From positions 18,664,001-18,728,000 of the forward strand of contig NC_086097.1 in assembly GCF_963921235.1 (NCBI RefSeq): a stretch of DNA of 64,000 bases, given 5' to 3'. Below, in pieces: positions 48,848 to 62,460 of the stretch (the stretch's first letter is position 1; every line of letters begins with the position of its first letter). Source of the DNA: Mobula hypostoma. Its lineage: Eukaryota. The position numbers and the translations under genes were made by a program. The notes under the pieces were generated by a model that searched no databases, was not told where the DNA came from, and saw only the letters and a list, made by a program, of their open reading frames with translations.

Positions 48848-51800
48848 TTGACCATAAGATCATAAGACCTAGGAGCAGAATTACGCCATTTAACCTATTG
48901 ATTTGGCTAAACCATTCCATCATGGCTGGTTTATTATCCCTCTCAACTCCATTCTCCTGCCTTCTCCCAATAATCTTTGATACCCTGATTAATCAGAAAC
49001 GTATCAAACTCCACCTTAAATAAACCCAATGACTTGGCCTGCACAGTGTTCTGTGGCAAAGAATTTCACAGGTTCACTAACCTCTGCCTGAAGCAATGTT
49101 TCCTCATCTCTGCTCTTAATGGATGGCCCTCAATTTTGATTCTATTCCCTTTGGTTCTAAATTCCCCCACAAAAGGAAACATTCTCTCCATATCCACTCG
49201 ATCCAGATTTTCAATGCTTGATAGGTTTTAAATGAGATTCCCCCCATCATTCTAAACTCCAGTGAGTACAGACCTCATACTGTATGTTAACCCTTTCATT
49301 CCTAGGATCATTTTTGTGAACCTCCTTTTGGCGTTCTCCAATACCAGCGCATCCTTTCTTAGGTAAGTTGCCCAAAATTGCTCACAATACTGCAAGTGCA
49401 GTCTGAACAATGCCTTATAAAGCCTCAACATTACATCCTTGCTTCTATATTCTAGTCCTCTCAAAATGAATGTTAATGTTGCATTTGCCTTCCTTACCAC
49501 TGACGCAACCTGCAAGTTAACCTTTCGGGAATCCTGCACAAGGACTCCAAGGTCCCTCTGCACCTCTGATTTTTGAATTTTCTCCACATTTTCAAAATAG
49601 TCCACGCCTTTATTCCTTCTGCTTACATTATATTCCAACTGCCACTTCTTTGCCCATTCCTCCAGCTTTTCTAAGTCCTTCTGCAGACAACTTGCTTCCT
49701 CAACACTAACTGCCTTCCAGCAATCTTTGTATCATCCATAAACTTGGCCACAAAACCATCAATTCCATCATCCAAATCATTGACATATAATGTGAAAAAA
49801 TGCAGACTCAACACTGACTCCTGTGGTTCACCATTAGTCACTGGCAGCTAACTACAAAAGGGACCCTGTATTCCCACTCTTTGCCTCCTGACAGTCATCC
49901 AATGCTCTATCCATTCTAGTACATTTCCCATAATACCGTAGGCTCTTATTTTGATAATTAGTCTCATGTGTGGTACCTTCAAAAAGGCCTTCTGAAAATC
50001 CAAGTAAACAATATCCACTGACTCTCCTTTGTCTCTCCTGCCTGTTACCCCCTCAAAGAGTTCCAACAGATTTATCAAGCAAGATTTCCCCTTTCGAAAA
50101 CCATACTGACTTTGGCCTATCTTATCATGTGGCTCCAAATACCCTGTAATCTCATCCTTAGTAATAGGCTCCAACATCTTTCCGATCACTGAACTCAGAC
50201 TAACTGCCCTATAATTTCCATTCTTCTGCCTCCCTCCCTTCTGCAAGAGTGGAATGACATTTGCAATATTCTGGTGTTCAGGAACCATTCCAGAATCTAG
50301 TGATTCTTGAAAGATCAGTACTAATGCCTCCACAATCTCTACAGCCACCTGTATCAGAATTCTGAGGTGCAGTCCACCTGGTCCTGGTGACATCTATCTT
50401 CAGCCTTTTCAGCTTCCCGAGCCCTTCTCCTTAGTAATAGCAACTATACTCACTTCTGCTCCCTGACACTGTTGCATTTCTGGAATTCTGTTACTTTCTT
50501 CCACAGTGAAGACTGAAGCAAAATACATATTAAGTTTGTGTGATGGAGAACAGTTTGTCTGCCATTTCTTTGTTCCTCCATTACTACTCTCCAGTATCAT
50601 TTTCCAGCAGTCTTATATGCACTCTCATCTCCCTCTTACACTTTATATATCCGGGAAAAAAGTCTTGTTGACTCCTCTTTCATATTACCGGTGTGTTATC
50701 TTCATATTTCATATTTTCTCCCTCTATGCCTTTTTTAGTTGCCTTCTGCTGATTTTTAAAATCTTTCCAATCCTCTACCTTCCCGCTAATTTTTGTTATA
50801 TTACATGCCCTCTCTTTTGCTTTGATGCTGTCTTTGACTTCCCTTAGCGGCTGCAGTTGCCTCATCCGGCCTCTAGGTTACTTCTTCATCTTTGGGATGT
50901 ATCTTTCCTGTACTTCTGAATTTCATCCAGAATCTCCAGCCACTGCTGTTTGGCCATCATCCCTGCTTGTGTCCCCTTCCAATTAACTTTGGCCAGGTCC
51001 TCTCTCATGTACATTTACTCTACTGTAATACTGATACATCCAATTTTAACCTCTCCATCTTAAACTGCCTCCTAAGGGTTCCTTTATCTTAAGCTTCCTA
51101 ATCAAATCTGTGTCATTATGTAACAGCCACAAGCTGCTCCAAAAGGTCATTTCATAGGTATTCTACAATTTCCCTCTCGGCATCTGATTTTCCCAATCTA
51201 CCAGCATATCAAAATACCCCATGATTATCGCAACATTGCCCTTTTTACATGCCTTTTCTAAATCTCCTTGTAATTTGCAGCCCAAATCCTAGCTATTATT
51301 CGGAGGTCTGTATAAAATTCCCATCAGGATCTTTTTACCCTTGCAGTTTCTTAACTCTACCCACAAGGATTCTACATCTTCTGATCCTGTGTCACCTCTT
51401 TCCAAGGATTTGATTTCATATTTTACCAGTAGAGGCATTCCACCTCTTCTGCCTACCTGCCTGTCCTTTTGATACAATGTGTATCCCTTGATTGAAGCAC
51501 CCAGCTGTGGCTTCTTTCAACCATGATTCAGAGATGCCCACAGCACCATACCTGCCAATCTCTAACTCCACTTCAAGGTCATGTACCTTATTCTGTATAC
51601 CGTGTGAATTAAAATATAACATCTTCAGTCCTTTTTGATTTTGGCCCCCTGTTACATTTTAACATCAAACTGACTGAAATTTTGCCCTATCATCTGCCTG
51701 TCTTTGCTCACAGTCTCATTACTTTAAGCGTCAACTTGTATATCCTCAGCCCAATCACTCAGGTTCCCATCCCCCTGAGCCAATAGTCATCAAACTACAG

Positions 51801-52050
51801 CTCGATGCTTTTCATACTGATGTAGTTATCAGGGAGACTGAAAGACTCCCAGAGTTCCCACACCTCACAAAAAGAACATGCCACTACCTCTGGACCCACT
51901 CTCAGTGCACTAGCTATATACTAACAGAAAGAAAAAAATACTAAACACTTACTTAGAGCTTCCTCCTGTGCTTGCTCAAGCCTGTTGAGCCAAAGCCAAA
52001 CCACTTTAACAATGTCTACTCACACAATGTCCACTCCTACAATGGTCTCT
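48848..52050 (-). mobile_element. Long, heavily decayed CR1 LINE
   Basis: Collinear with 31674-34750; DFQKAF, NYRAVSL and ESLWVELRN fragments. Confidence 0.9.
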
Positions 52051-52540
52051 TTCCCAATACTAAAATATCTATAACCGGAAAAAAACTGTTTCTCTTTCCA
52101 CATATTCTGCCTGATCTGCCGGGTGTTTCCAGCAGTTTCTGACTTTATTTCAGATTTCCTGCATTTGCAATGTCTTAAAATTTTCATTAAGTGTATTTAT
52201 TTACTTATTTATTTGTTTGTTTGCTTAGAGTTACAGCACAGTGAAGACCCTTCAATTACCATGTGACCAACTAAAGTATAGTCCTGGTTTAACTTACCAA
52301 AATGTGACATTTTGTACGTCTGAGATAAGTTCCATCTGTCATTTCCTTGTCCACTTTCCGAGCTAATCCATATCTTGCTGTAACATTACCACCAATGTTA
52401 GTGTCATTTTTAAACTTATTCATCATGCCCCCTACATATTCCTCCAAAACTTTAATGTACGTGACAAGTAACAGAAAGCTGGTCCAGGTCGCTCCGGTGC
52501 ATTGATGTCACAGTCCTGCAGTCCAACAAGTCAGGGACGT

Positions 52541-53445
52541 GATTAGATTAGATTATGAGGACACGCAGTCCTGTTTTATTGTCATTTAGTAATACATGCA
52601 TTAAGAAATGATACAATTTGTTCTTCCAGAATGATCAGAATCAGAATCAGAATCTTTTATTATCGCCAAGTATGTGGACACAAACAGGGAATTTGATGCC
52701 CGTTTCCTTGAGCTCTCGCTGTACAGAATCAAAAAGCAAACAAAACAATAGTGCAAATAATCGTGAACTATATACAATGAAGTATACCTGTCTATGTACA
52801 GGTGGACTTGGTTTATAATAGACTAAAATTCAAATGTTCATAAGACTGATGGCATATGGAAAGAAACTGTTCTTGTACCTATTTGTCCTGGCATACAGTG
52901 ATCTAAATGATATCACAGAAACACAAGATAAACCAAGACTAAAAAAAAAACTGACAAAAACCACATAATTATAACATATAGTTACAACAGTGCAAAGCAA
53001 TACCGTAATTCGATAGAAGAACAGACCATGGGCACAGTAAAAAAAATCTCGAAGTCTCTGGAAAGTCCCATCACCTCACGCAGATGGTAGAAGGAAGAAA
53101 ACTCTCTTCCTGCCATGAGCTTCCAGTGCCGCAAACTTGCCGATACAGCATCCTGGAAGCACCTAACCACAGCCGACTCTTGAGTCTGTCTGAAAACTTC
53201 GAGCCTCCAACCAGCCCTCCGACACCGAGCACCATCTCTGCCGAGCGCTTCGACCCCAACCTCGGCAACAGGCAATAGGCAAATCTGAGAATTTGGGGCC
53301 TTCCCCTCCGGAGATTCTCGATCGCACTTTAGCAGCAGCAGTGAAGCGGGCATTTCAGAAGTTTCTCCAGATGTTCCTCCGTGCTTCTCACGGCTGTCCC
53401 CATCAAATCAGGATTGTGCACGGCATCCTACTTCACAAATACGAT
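52541..53445 (-). mobile_element. Non-autonomous LINE-tail-type element with a nested Rex1-like 3' end (~52636-52905)
   Basis: (attag)n and (atcaga)n tails followed by tttatt; aatgat on both sides of the inner insert; GC-rich 5' part. Confidence 0.45.
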
Positions 53446-53617
53446 ACCCTTCTGAGGATGCAAAAGGGGTGTGAGGATTAGTTTTGTTAATTGCTGGTGC
53501 CACTGAAAACCTGATTTAAACAAAGCCAGACCTCTTATACCCAGGCGAGGTTTGCCTGAAGTGGTTGCAAACTTGGTCTTACTTCAATAGTGAGGATACA
53601 GATTTATTCCTTCACAA

Positions 53618-53827
53618 TACACACAAAAAATGCTGGTGAACGCAGCAGGCCAGGCAGCATCTATAGTAAGAGGTACAGTCAATGTTTAGGAAAGTCCTGA
53701 TGAAGGGTCTGGGCCCTTAACGTCAACTGTGCCTCTTCCTATAGATGCTGCCTGGCCTGCTGCGTTCACCAGCATTTCTTGTGTGTGTTGCTTGAAATTC
53801 CAGCATCTGCAGATTTCCTCATGTTTG
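53618..53827. mobile_element. Palindromic Penelope-derived unit
   Basis: Inverted arms; agtcctgatgaaggg at the junction; flanks attccttcac / attctttcac. Confidence 0.85.
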
Positions 53828-55518
53828 AGAATTCTTTCACTAAACTCATTTACGGTGATTTTTTAAAGTTACCATCGATTCGTAAACAGTGAAATCAGTC
53901 TGCGTACGACCTACATTTCCAGCCACTACACCAGCATGCCCTGGATAACGTTCCGTGTCAAGTAACATTTACATCATTCAACTGTCAGGCATTAATGATC
54001 TTCAGCAAGCGGGAAGCTACCATTAAAATTCAATGGCATTTCCAGGTATCAACTGTCTATGAGCTGTCATTGACAAGTTAGTCTGGATCAGCCACACATA
54101 ATTACTGTGGCTAAAGACAGCAGGTCAGGGGTGGGAGTAATTAGAGTAGCTGGGGAATTTAAATCCTATTGAATGAATAAATGTAGAAATATGAAACTGG
54201 TGTCAATAACATGACCATGAAACTACGACATTGTTGTTAAAAACCCACCAGCTGCCAACTGCACCAGGTCTGTCATGAATATAGATCATGATGCTTACCT
54301 TCCTCCTCACTTCAGGGATATCCAAGTCCTGTGAAAGAACAAATTCAAATTCAAGATTGTTTACTGTCATTTCCAATACATAGGTGCAAAGAGAACAAAA
54401 TCATTGTTACTCTGGATCCAACGCAGCACCGAGAAAAACACAATAAAATGAAGGACACAATAATAAAAAACACAATAAATATAAATACATAAGATGGCTC
54501 GTATACATAGATTGATTATATGTCCATAAAGTGATACTAGGCACAGGAGTGTCTGTACATAAGGTTACTGACAGGAGATGATAAAGTACTGGTGATTAGG
54601 GGCGTGGAGGGGTTGGATTAGTGGGTGGAGATGTTGATCAGCCTTACTGCTTGAGGAAAGTAAATGTTTTTGAGTCTGGTTGTCCTGGTGTGGATGCTAT
54701 GTAGCCTTCTCCCTAACGGGAATGATCCTTCATGATGTTACTGGCCACTTTGTCAGTAATGTAAAGAATCTAATGAAGAGAGTACAAATTCTGTTGATGT
54801 CTCGCACAGACATTGGTTAACAATGCAGATGCAGGAGAGTGTAGTTACTGGAAAATGGAGCAATTCAGGGGGTTAAGAAGGTATTATTCTGGAGACACTC
54901 TCAGTAGAAGCTCACATACCCAAAGCTATGACATTTTTATATCCTTACGATCAAAGGTAACAGTACAATACAATTTGAAGAGTTACAATGACATTGTTTA
55001 CTTCAATACTTTGGGTTGACTAATGGTTCTTTTGTGATACATAGTGGAAGTACATAAAAGGCCCAAATGTCTTTTGGAGAAACTAATTAACACAAATATT
55101 CTAAACCCTAGATGACAGAGAACCAGACACTCAAAATTAATGTTGCTGGGGTTGCCCTGTGAGTACATAAATATGACAAATACATAAAAATTATTGATTG
55201 GCTGTGCATGTGACCATGTTTGATATGCTAACTGACTACATTTGCCAGGTCTGCCAGTTGCAGTCAAGTCACAATGGTGCCCATGTTGCCTGGTTTGATG
55301 CAAGCCAATTAACACAATCCCATTGTCATAATGTTTGGTTCTTGCATGTGCAATCTCTAGGTCTTTGGAGCGGCCTGTGATTTTAACTTCAATTTACAAA
55401 AAACTGAAGGCTAATTGTAAGTTTCCTGAACGTATTTACATTTAGAATAAGAACTGAAGCCTGGTTCTTGTTTGAATTAATATCTGCTATATTCATATAA
55501 CTCCAGGATATTCCCTAA

Positions 55519-55748
55519 CACAGTAGAGTGCAGATGCTGGAATTTGGAGCAATTCAACACAGGTTATGGGATAATTGACATTTTGGGTCGAGACCCTATA
55601 TCAGCACACGTGGATTAATAAAGCAACATATATCACAGTAGAGTGCAGATGCTGGAATTTGGAGCAATTCAGCACAGGTTATGGGATAATTGACATTTTG
55701 GGTCGAGACCCTATATCAGCACACGTGGATTAATAAAGCAACATATAT
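55519..55748. repeat. Tandem duplication, 2 x 115 bp, one mismatch
   Basis: Direct comparison of 55519-55633 and 55634-55748. Confidence 0.95.
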
Positions 55749-55924
55749 GTACATGCATATTTTCTGACTATTTCATTTCAATGAAATCCAGCAGCTATAC
55801 TCACATCATATGCGGGAAGACAAAAATAAATTTAATCTTGCATTAGCATAAGGAGGTATCTAATGGTCAGCTTGGATTTCTCTATTACTCTATAATGTTT
55901 GGGCTAAAGCACTGAAAGTATACA

Positions 55925-56378
55925 TTCCGTGGCCACTTTACAGGAGGTATGTTTGTGATCTTCTGCTGTTGTAACCCATCCACTTCAAGGTTTGTTGTGT
56001 TGTGCATTCAGAGATGCTTGTCTACATACCACTGTTGTAATGTGTGGGTTTTGAATTACTGTTGCCTTTCTGTCAGCTTGAGCCAGTCTGGCCATTCCCC
56101 GCTGACCTCTCTCATTAACAAGACATTTTTCCTATAGAACCGCCGCGCACTGGATGTTTTGGTTTTTCACATCATTCTCTGTAAACTCTAGAGACTGTTG
56201 TATGTGATAATCGCAGGAGATCAGCAGTTTCTGAGATATTCAAACCACCCAGTCTGGCACCCACAATCATTCCACGGTCAAAATCACTTAATTCACACTT
56301 CTTCCCCATTCTGACATTTTGTCTGAACAAGAACTGAACCTCTTGACCATGTCTGCATGCTTTTTGGAATGAGCTGCT
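55925..56378 (-). mobile_element. Tc1-like remnant of a second family
   Basis: MGKKCELSDFDRGMIVGARLGGLNISETADLL...TVSRVYRE, a Tc1 N-terminal HTH. Confidence 0.8.
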
Positions 56379-56753
56379 GCCAATCAATGCCTCTCATCAT
56401 CTTGTACACCTCTATCAGGTCACCTCTCATCCTCCGTCGCTCCAAGGAGAAGAGGCCACTCAATCTATTCCCGTAAGGCGTGCTCTCCAATCCAAGCAAC
56501 ATCCTTGTAAATCTCCCCTGCACTCATTCTATAGTGTCCACTATAGTATAATATAGTATTATAGCATTAAAAACAATTTTAAAAATAAAAATAATAAATA
56601 AAAAAAGAAACAAAAATAATCCTAGAAATTCACCTCCTTCATAGTTTTGACTACTTTGCACTACAAGGGGCATCAATTTATTTTGTTCTAATTGCGTTCT
56701 CTTTTGAATAATTGTATTTACATTTTTTTGTGAATACTGCGTATCGGATTCAA

Positions 56754-57155
56754 CTGTACTGTACAAAAGTCTTAGGCACCTGTAAAAAATCTGTAAAGCA
56801 AAGATGCCTTCAACAGTAATGAATTGAAAAATTTCTAAATATTTAAAAAACTATAAAGAACAGGAAAAAGTAAAATAAAAGCTAAACAAAATTGATATTT
56901 GATGTGACCACTCTTTACCTTTAAAACTGCATTAATTCTCTTTGGTACACTGCCAAAATTGGCTGCTATGTTTTTCCAAGCATTTTGGAGAACTTACCAC
57001 AGTTCTTCTGCAGATTTTGACTGTCTCATTTGCTTCTGTCTGCCCAGGCAATCCCAGTCAGCTTCGATGATGTTGAGGTCAGGGCTCTGTGGATGCTATA
57101 CTATCTGAAACCATATAAAAAAATCTAGGGTGCCTAAGACTTTTGCACAGTACTG
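56754..57155. mobile_element. Tc1/mariner-type MITE
   Basis: ~27-bp TIRs c(t/a)gtactgt(a/g)caaaagtcttaggcacc; TA at the right end. Confidence 0.85.
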
Positions 57156-57371
57156 TATGTGCCTGTGATTCTGCTGCGAGTCATTGTGTGCTGTACCTGT
57201 GCGTGTGTATACGACAATAGGCTCAAATTTGACTTTGAGGCACAAGAGATTAGATCCACTCAGTGCCTCCAGCAGATTGATTGCCGCTTGATGACTTCTC
57301 ATCTTCTTTTAGCTTCAGTGAACACACACAATTTATTCCTTTTATATTTGTACATTGAAAGAACTTAATGT

Positions 57372-58238
57372 GGATTGTAGTGGACAGTGAGGAAGACAAT
57401 CAATGCTTGCAGCCAGATCTGGACCAGCTGGAAAAATAGACTGAAAAATGGAATATGGCATTTAATGCAGACGAGGGCAAAGTGTTGTACTTGGCTGGGA
57501 CCAACCAGGGTACATTTTACACAAGGAACAAAGGAGTGCGGTAGAGAAAGGGATCTGGGAATACAGGTCCATAATTCATTGTAAGTGGTGTCACAGATAA
57601 ATAGGCTTGCAAAGAAAGCTTTGGTCGTCATGGATCAAATTGTTGAGAGCAGGAGATGGGATGTTAGGTTGAAGTTATATAAGAAATTAGCGAGGCCTAA
57701 TTTGGAGTGTTGTGTGCAGATTTGGTCACCCCACTGCAGGAAAGATGTAAATAAGATCGAAAGAGTACAGAGAGAATTTACAAGGATGCTGCAGGGACTG
57801 GAGGACCTGAGTTTTAAGGAAATATTAAATAAGTTAGAACTTTATTCCCTAGAACGTAGAAGATTGAGGAGAGATTTGATGGAGCTATACAAAATTTTGA
57901 AGGGTATAGACAGGGTAAATACAAGTAGACTTTTTCCACTGAAGTTGGGTGAGAATAAAATTAGAGGTCATAGGTTAAGGATGAAAGGTGAAATGTTTAA
58001 GGAGAACATTAAGGAAACCTCTTCATTCAGAGTGGAATGAGCTGCCAACGCAAATGGTGGGTGGAATTTCTATTTCAATCTTGAAGAGAAATCTAGACAG
58101 GTACATGGATGGGACATGTTTGGAGAGCTATAGTTCCGGTGTAGGTCCATGGGAATAGGCGGTTTAAATAGTTCAGCATGGACTAGATAGGCTGCAAGGC
58201 CTGTTTCAGTGCTGTGGTTTTCTTTGACTCTATGACTC
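57372..58238 (+). mobile_element. Decayed CR1 3' fragment
   Basis: RPNLECCVQIWSP...LYSLERRRLR and (tgactcta) tail. Confidence 0.9.
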
Positions 58239-59052
58239 TAATCTAGGCCTGCTAAATAGACGGTGTAGCTTCCTAAACAGAGATTTTCTATGATTTAGTA
58301 GATATTCATAAAATTTACGTAAGTAGGTACAAATTCATTGATCCATGTCAGAGAAGCAAAAAAAACCCATTAGGCATGCTTTATCACCAGGACTATGAAT
58401 TTTATTGATATTTATAGAGCTGTTAAAAAGATCCATAAAACATTTATAACAGCAGAAAATCCATTGAGAGAAATGGAGAGGAGGTTAGCTTGTCAGATAT
58501 ATCCTGACCTTAAATGAGGTTTAAAATACCACGTCTGGGTTCCAGCTGTCTTGCATTTGACAGTTTGAATACCTTGAATAATCTACACTAATTACTCACT
58601 GGTAGTTATTATTAAAATACAATTTACAAGGACAGTATTGGTAATTGCAATTGTTTTAATTGCTCAGCAATTTTCTCATCCAATTTGTTTCCCTTCATGC
58701 CTTTCCTGAAGGCACTGATTTCTTGCTCCACACTGCATTTCAAGTAAGCAACCCATGAAGCCATAATTGATGTGGGAGCTGTGGAACTGAGAACCAACGG
58801 GTTACATTAAGAGCGTAGGAAGTGGGAGTAGGAGCCACCTCCTCTCCAGCCTCCTGCAGTAAGGTCAAGTCCTACCTAACTTTACTGAAAGTGTCTTATA
58901 TAGGGTTTTAACCCAAAATGTCACCAATTCCTATTCGCCAACAGATATTCAATGGCACAACAGAGTCAAGGGCTTTACATCTTACCCTACATCCATTTCT
59001 TCTGGCCAATCTACATTGAGATGCTTGTGTGATGTGAATCATTTCCTATGTA

Positions 59053-60695
59053 CAGTTCCTATAGAAAGTATTCACACCCCCTCAGAAGTTTTCATACTTT
59101 ATTGTTTTACAGCATTGAATCACAGTGGATTTTATTTGGGTTTTTTGACACTGATCAACAGAAAAGTACTCTTTTGTGTCAAAGTGAAAACAGATCTCTA
59201 CAAAGTGATCTAAATTAATTTCAAATATAAAACACAAAATAATTAATTGCATCAGTATTCACCCCCCACTTTAATATGACACACCAAATCATCACTGGTG
59301 CAACCTGATGGTTTTAGCAGTCACATAATTAGTTAAATGGAGATCTGTTTTTGGAGACCTGCGTGCAGTCAAGGTGTTACAATTGATTGTAGTAAAAATA
59401 CAGCTGTATCTGGAAGGTTCAATTGCTGGTAAATCAGAATCCTGGCAAAAAACTACACTATGAAGACAAAAGAACAATTAAAGCAACTCTGTGAAAATGT
59501 TTTTGAAAAGCACAAGTCAGAGATGGATGCAAGAAAATTTTCAAGTCACTGAGTATCCTTTGGAGTACAGTTAAGTCAATCATCAAGAAATGGAAAGAGT
59601 GTGGCTCTGCTGTAATTCTGCCTAGAGCAGGCTTTCTTCAAAAACTGAGTGACCGTGCTAAAAGAGGACTAGTGAGGGAGGCCACCAAGAGACCTGTGAC
59701 AGCTCCGCGGTAGTTACAAACTTCAGTGGCTGAGGTGTTAGAGACTGCACATACAATAACTGTTCCCCGGGTGCTTCACCAGTCACAGCTTTATGAGAAA
59801 GGGGCAAAGAAAAAACAACTGTTGGGAAAAATCTCACATGAAATCTCAGAGTTTGCTAGGAGGCATGTAGGAGACTCTGAAGTCAGCTGAAAGGTGGTTC
59901 TATGATCTGATGAAACCAAAATTGACCTTTTTGGTCATCAAACTAAATGCTATGTTTGGTATAAACCAAACACTACACATCATCAAAAACACGCCATCTC
60001 TACTGTGAAGCATGGTGGTGGCTGCATCATGCTGTGGGGATGCTTCACTGCAACAGGCCCTGGGAGGCTTGTGAAGGTAGAGGGTAAAATGAATGCAGCA
60101 AAATACAGGGAAATCCTGGAGGGAAACCTGATGCAGTCTGCAAGAGAACTTCAACTTGGGAGAAGATTTGTTTTCCAGCAAGACAATGACCCCCAAGCAT
60201 AAAGACAAAGTTCCACAGGAATGGCTTAAAGACAACAAAGTTAATGTCCTGGAGTGGCCAAGTCAGAGTCCAGACCTCAATCCAATTGAGAATTTGTGGC
60301 TGTCCTTGAAAAAGACTGTTCACTCACGATTGCCATGCAATCTGACAGAGCTTGAGCAGTTTTGTAAAGCAAAATGGGGGAAAATTGCAATGTCCAGATG
60401 TGCAAAGCTGATAGAGACCTATCCACACAGACTCAAAGTTGTAATTGCTGACAAAGGTGCATCTACTGAATACTGACTTGAATGGAGTGAGTAATTATGC
60501 AATCCATTATTTTGTGTTTTATATTTGTAATTGATTTAGATCACTTTATAGAGATCTGCTTTCACTTTGACACTAAAGGCTTTTTCTGTTGATCAGTGTA
60601 AAAAAAACAAATTAAATCCACTGTGATTCAATGTTGTAAAACAATAAAACATGAAATCTTGCAGTGAGGGGGGTGAATACATTTTGTAGGCACTG
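59053..60695 (+). mobile_element. Full-length defective Tc1 transposon (DD34E, IR-DR)
   Basis: TA TSD; ~215-bp TIRs with internal gtattcaccc repeats; transposase 59460-60476 with SDET, VKHGGG, QQDND and SPDLNPIE, broken by stops and frameshifts. Confidence 0.95.
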
Positions 60696-60739
60696 TAAGA
60701 AAGCAGTACCTGATACTGAGCAATGTGGGAAAGCAGTAG

Positions 60740-62460
60740 CCATCAGTGTGTGTTGTCAGAGAGCAGTGCCCATCCTATCAGTGGGTTATGTTTGAGAGCA
60801 CTGCCCATCAGTAAGTGATTTCAGAGGAAAGTAGTCATCAATGGACAGTATCAGAGGACAATGCCATCAGTACGCGCTGTTAGAGGACAGTGCCCATCAC
60901 TGTGTGTAATGTCAGAGGACAGAACCCACTAGTGGACAATGTCAGAGTGCAGAGCTCTTCAGTTGGTGATTTCAGAGGGCAGTGCCTATCAGTGTGTAAT
61001 ATTAGAGGGCAGTGCCCATCAGTGGGTGATATTAGAGGGCAGTGCCCATCAGTGGGTGATATTAGAGGGCAGTGCCCATCAGTGGGTGATATTAGGGGAC
61101 AGTGCCCATCAGTGTGTAATATCAGATGATGGTGCCCATCAGTGTGTGATATCAGAGGACAATGCCCTTCAGATGGTGATGTCAGAGGACAGTGCCCATC
61201 GGTGGGTGATGTCAGAGGACAGTGCCCATCGGTGGGTGATGTCAGAGGACAGTGCCCTTCAAATGGTAATGTCAGAGGACAGTGCCCATCGGTGGGTGAT
61301 GTCAAAGGGCAGTGCCCATCGGTGGATGATGTCAAAGGGCAGTGCCCATCAGTGGATGATGTCTGAGGGCAGTGCCCGTCGGTGGGTGATGTCAGAGGAC
61401 AGTGCCCAGCACTGCGTGTAATGTCAGAGGACAGAACCCATTAGTGGTCAATGTCAGAGTGCAGAGCCTTCAGTTGGTGATTTAAGAGGACAGAGCCCAT
61501 CAGTGTGTAATGTTAGAGGGCTGTGCCCATCAGTGCGTGATGTCAGAGGACAGTGCCCATCGGTGGGTGATGTCAGAGGACAGTGCCCATCCCATCAGTG
61601 GGTGACATCAGAGGACAGTGCCCATCAGTGTGTAATATCAGATGATGGTGCCCATCAGTGTGTGATATCAGAGGACAGTGCCCTTCAGATGGTGATGTCA
61701 GAGGACAGTGCCCATCGGTGGGTGATGTCAGAGGACAGTGCCCATCGGTGGGTGATGTCAGAGGACAGTGCCCATCGGTGGGTGATGTCAGAGGACAGTG
61801 CCCCTCGGTGGGTGATGTCAGAGGACAGTGCCCATCATTGTGTGATATCAGTGCCCTTCAGATGGTGATGTCCGAGGGCAGTGCCCGTTGGTGGGTGATG
61901 TCAGAGGACAGTGCCCATCACTGCGTGTAATGTCAGAGGACAGAACCCATTAGTGGTCAATGTCAGAGTGCAGAGCTCTTCAGTTGGTGATTTCAGAGGG
62001 CAGAGCCCATCAGTGCGTGATGTCAGAGGACAGTGCCCATCCCATCAGTGTGTGATATTAGAGGGCAGTGCCCATCAGTGGGTGATATTTAAGGGCAGAC
62101 CCCATCAGTGTGTGATATTAGAGGGCAGTGCCCATCAGTGGGTGATATTTAAGAGCAGTGCCCATCAGTGGGTGATGTTAGAGGATTGTGCCCATCAGTG
62201 AGTGATATTAGAGGGCAGTGCCCAACAGTGGATGAGATCAGAGAGCAGGGCCTAGCAGCGGGCAACATCAAAATGCAGAGCCCATCAGTGTATGATGTCA
62301 GAGGGCAGAGTACAGCAGTGGGTGATGTCAGAGGACAATGCCAGAGGGCAGACCCATTTGTGTGTGCTGTCAGTGTCAGCAGTGAGTAAGGTCTAAGGGC
62401 AGTTTCCATTCGTGAATGATATCAGAGTGCGTGACCTTTAGTAGGTGATATCAGATGGTA
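60740..62460. repeat. 30-bp minisatellite (cagtgcccatcrgtgggtgatgtcagagga)
   Basis: Roughly 50 units; homogeneous core with decayed edges. Confidence 0.95.

Noticed and set aside
21305..60695. Composite 39-kb transposon from two Tc1 copies
   Set aside because: Each copy has its own pair of TIRs and TA flanks, both transposases are dead, and TA cannot show joint mobilisation
60880..62409. Repeat-protein ORFs (TSPTDGHCPL / VMSEDSAHRW) and CRISPR-like periodicity
   Set aside because: A 30-bp unit keeps several frames open on both strands; there are no unique spacers, cas genes or splice context
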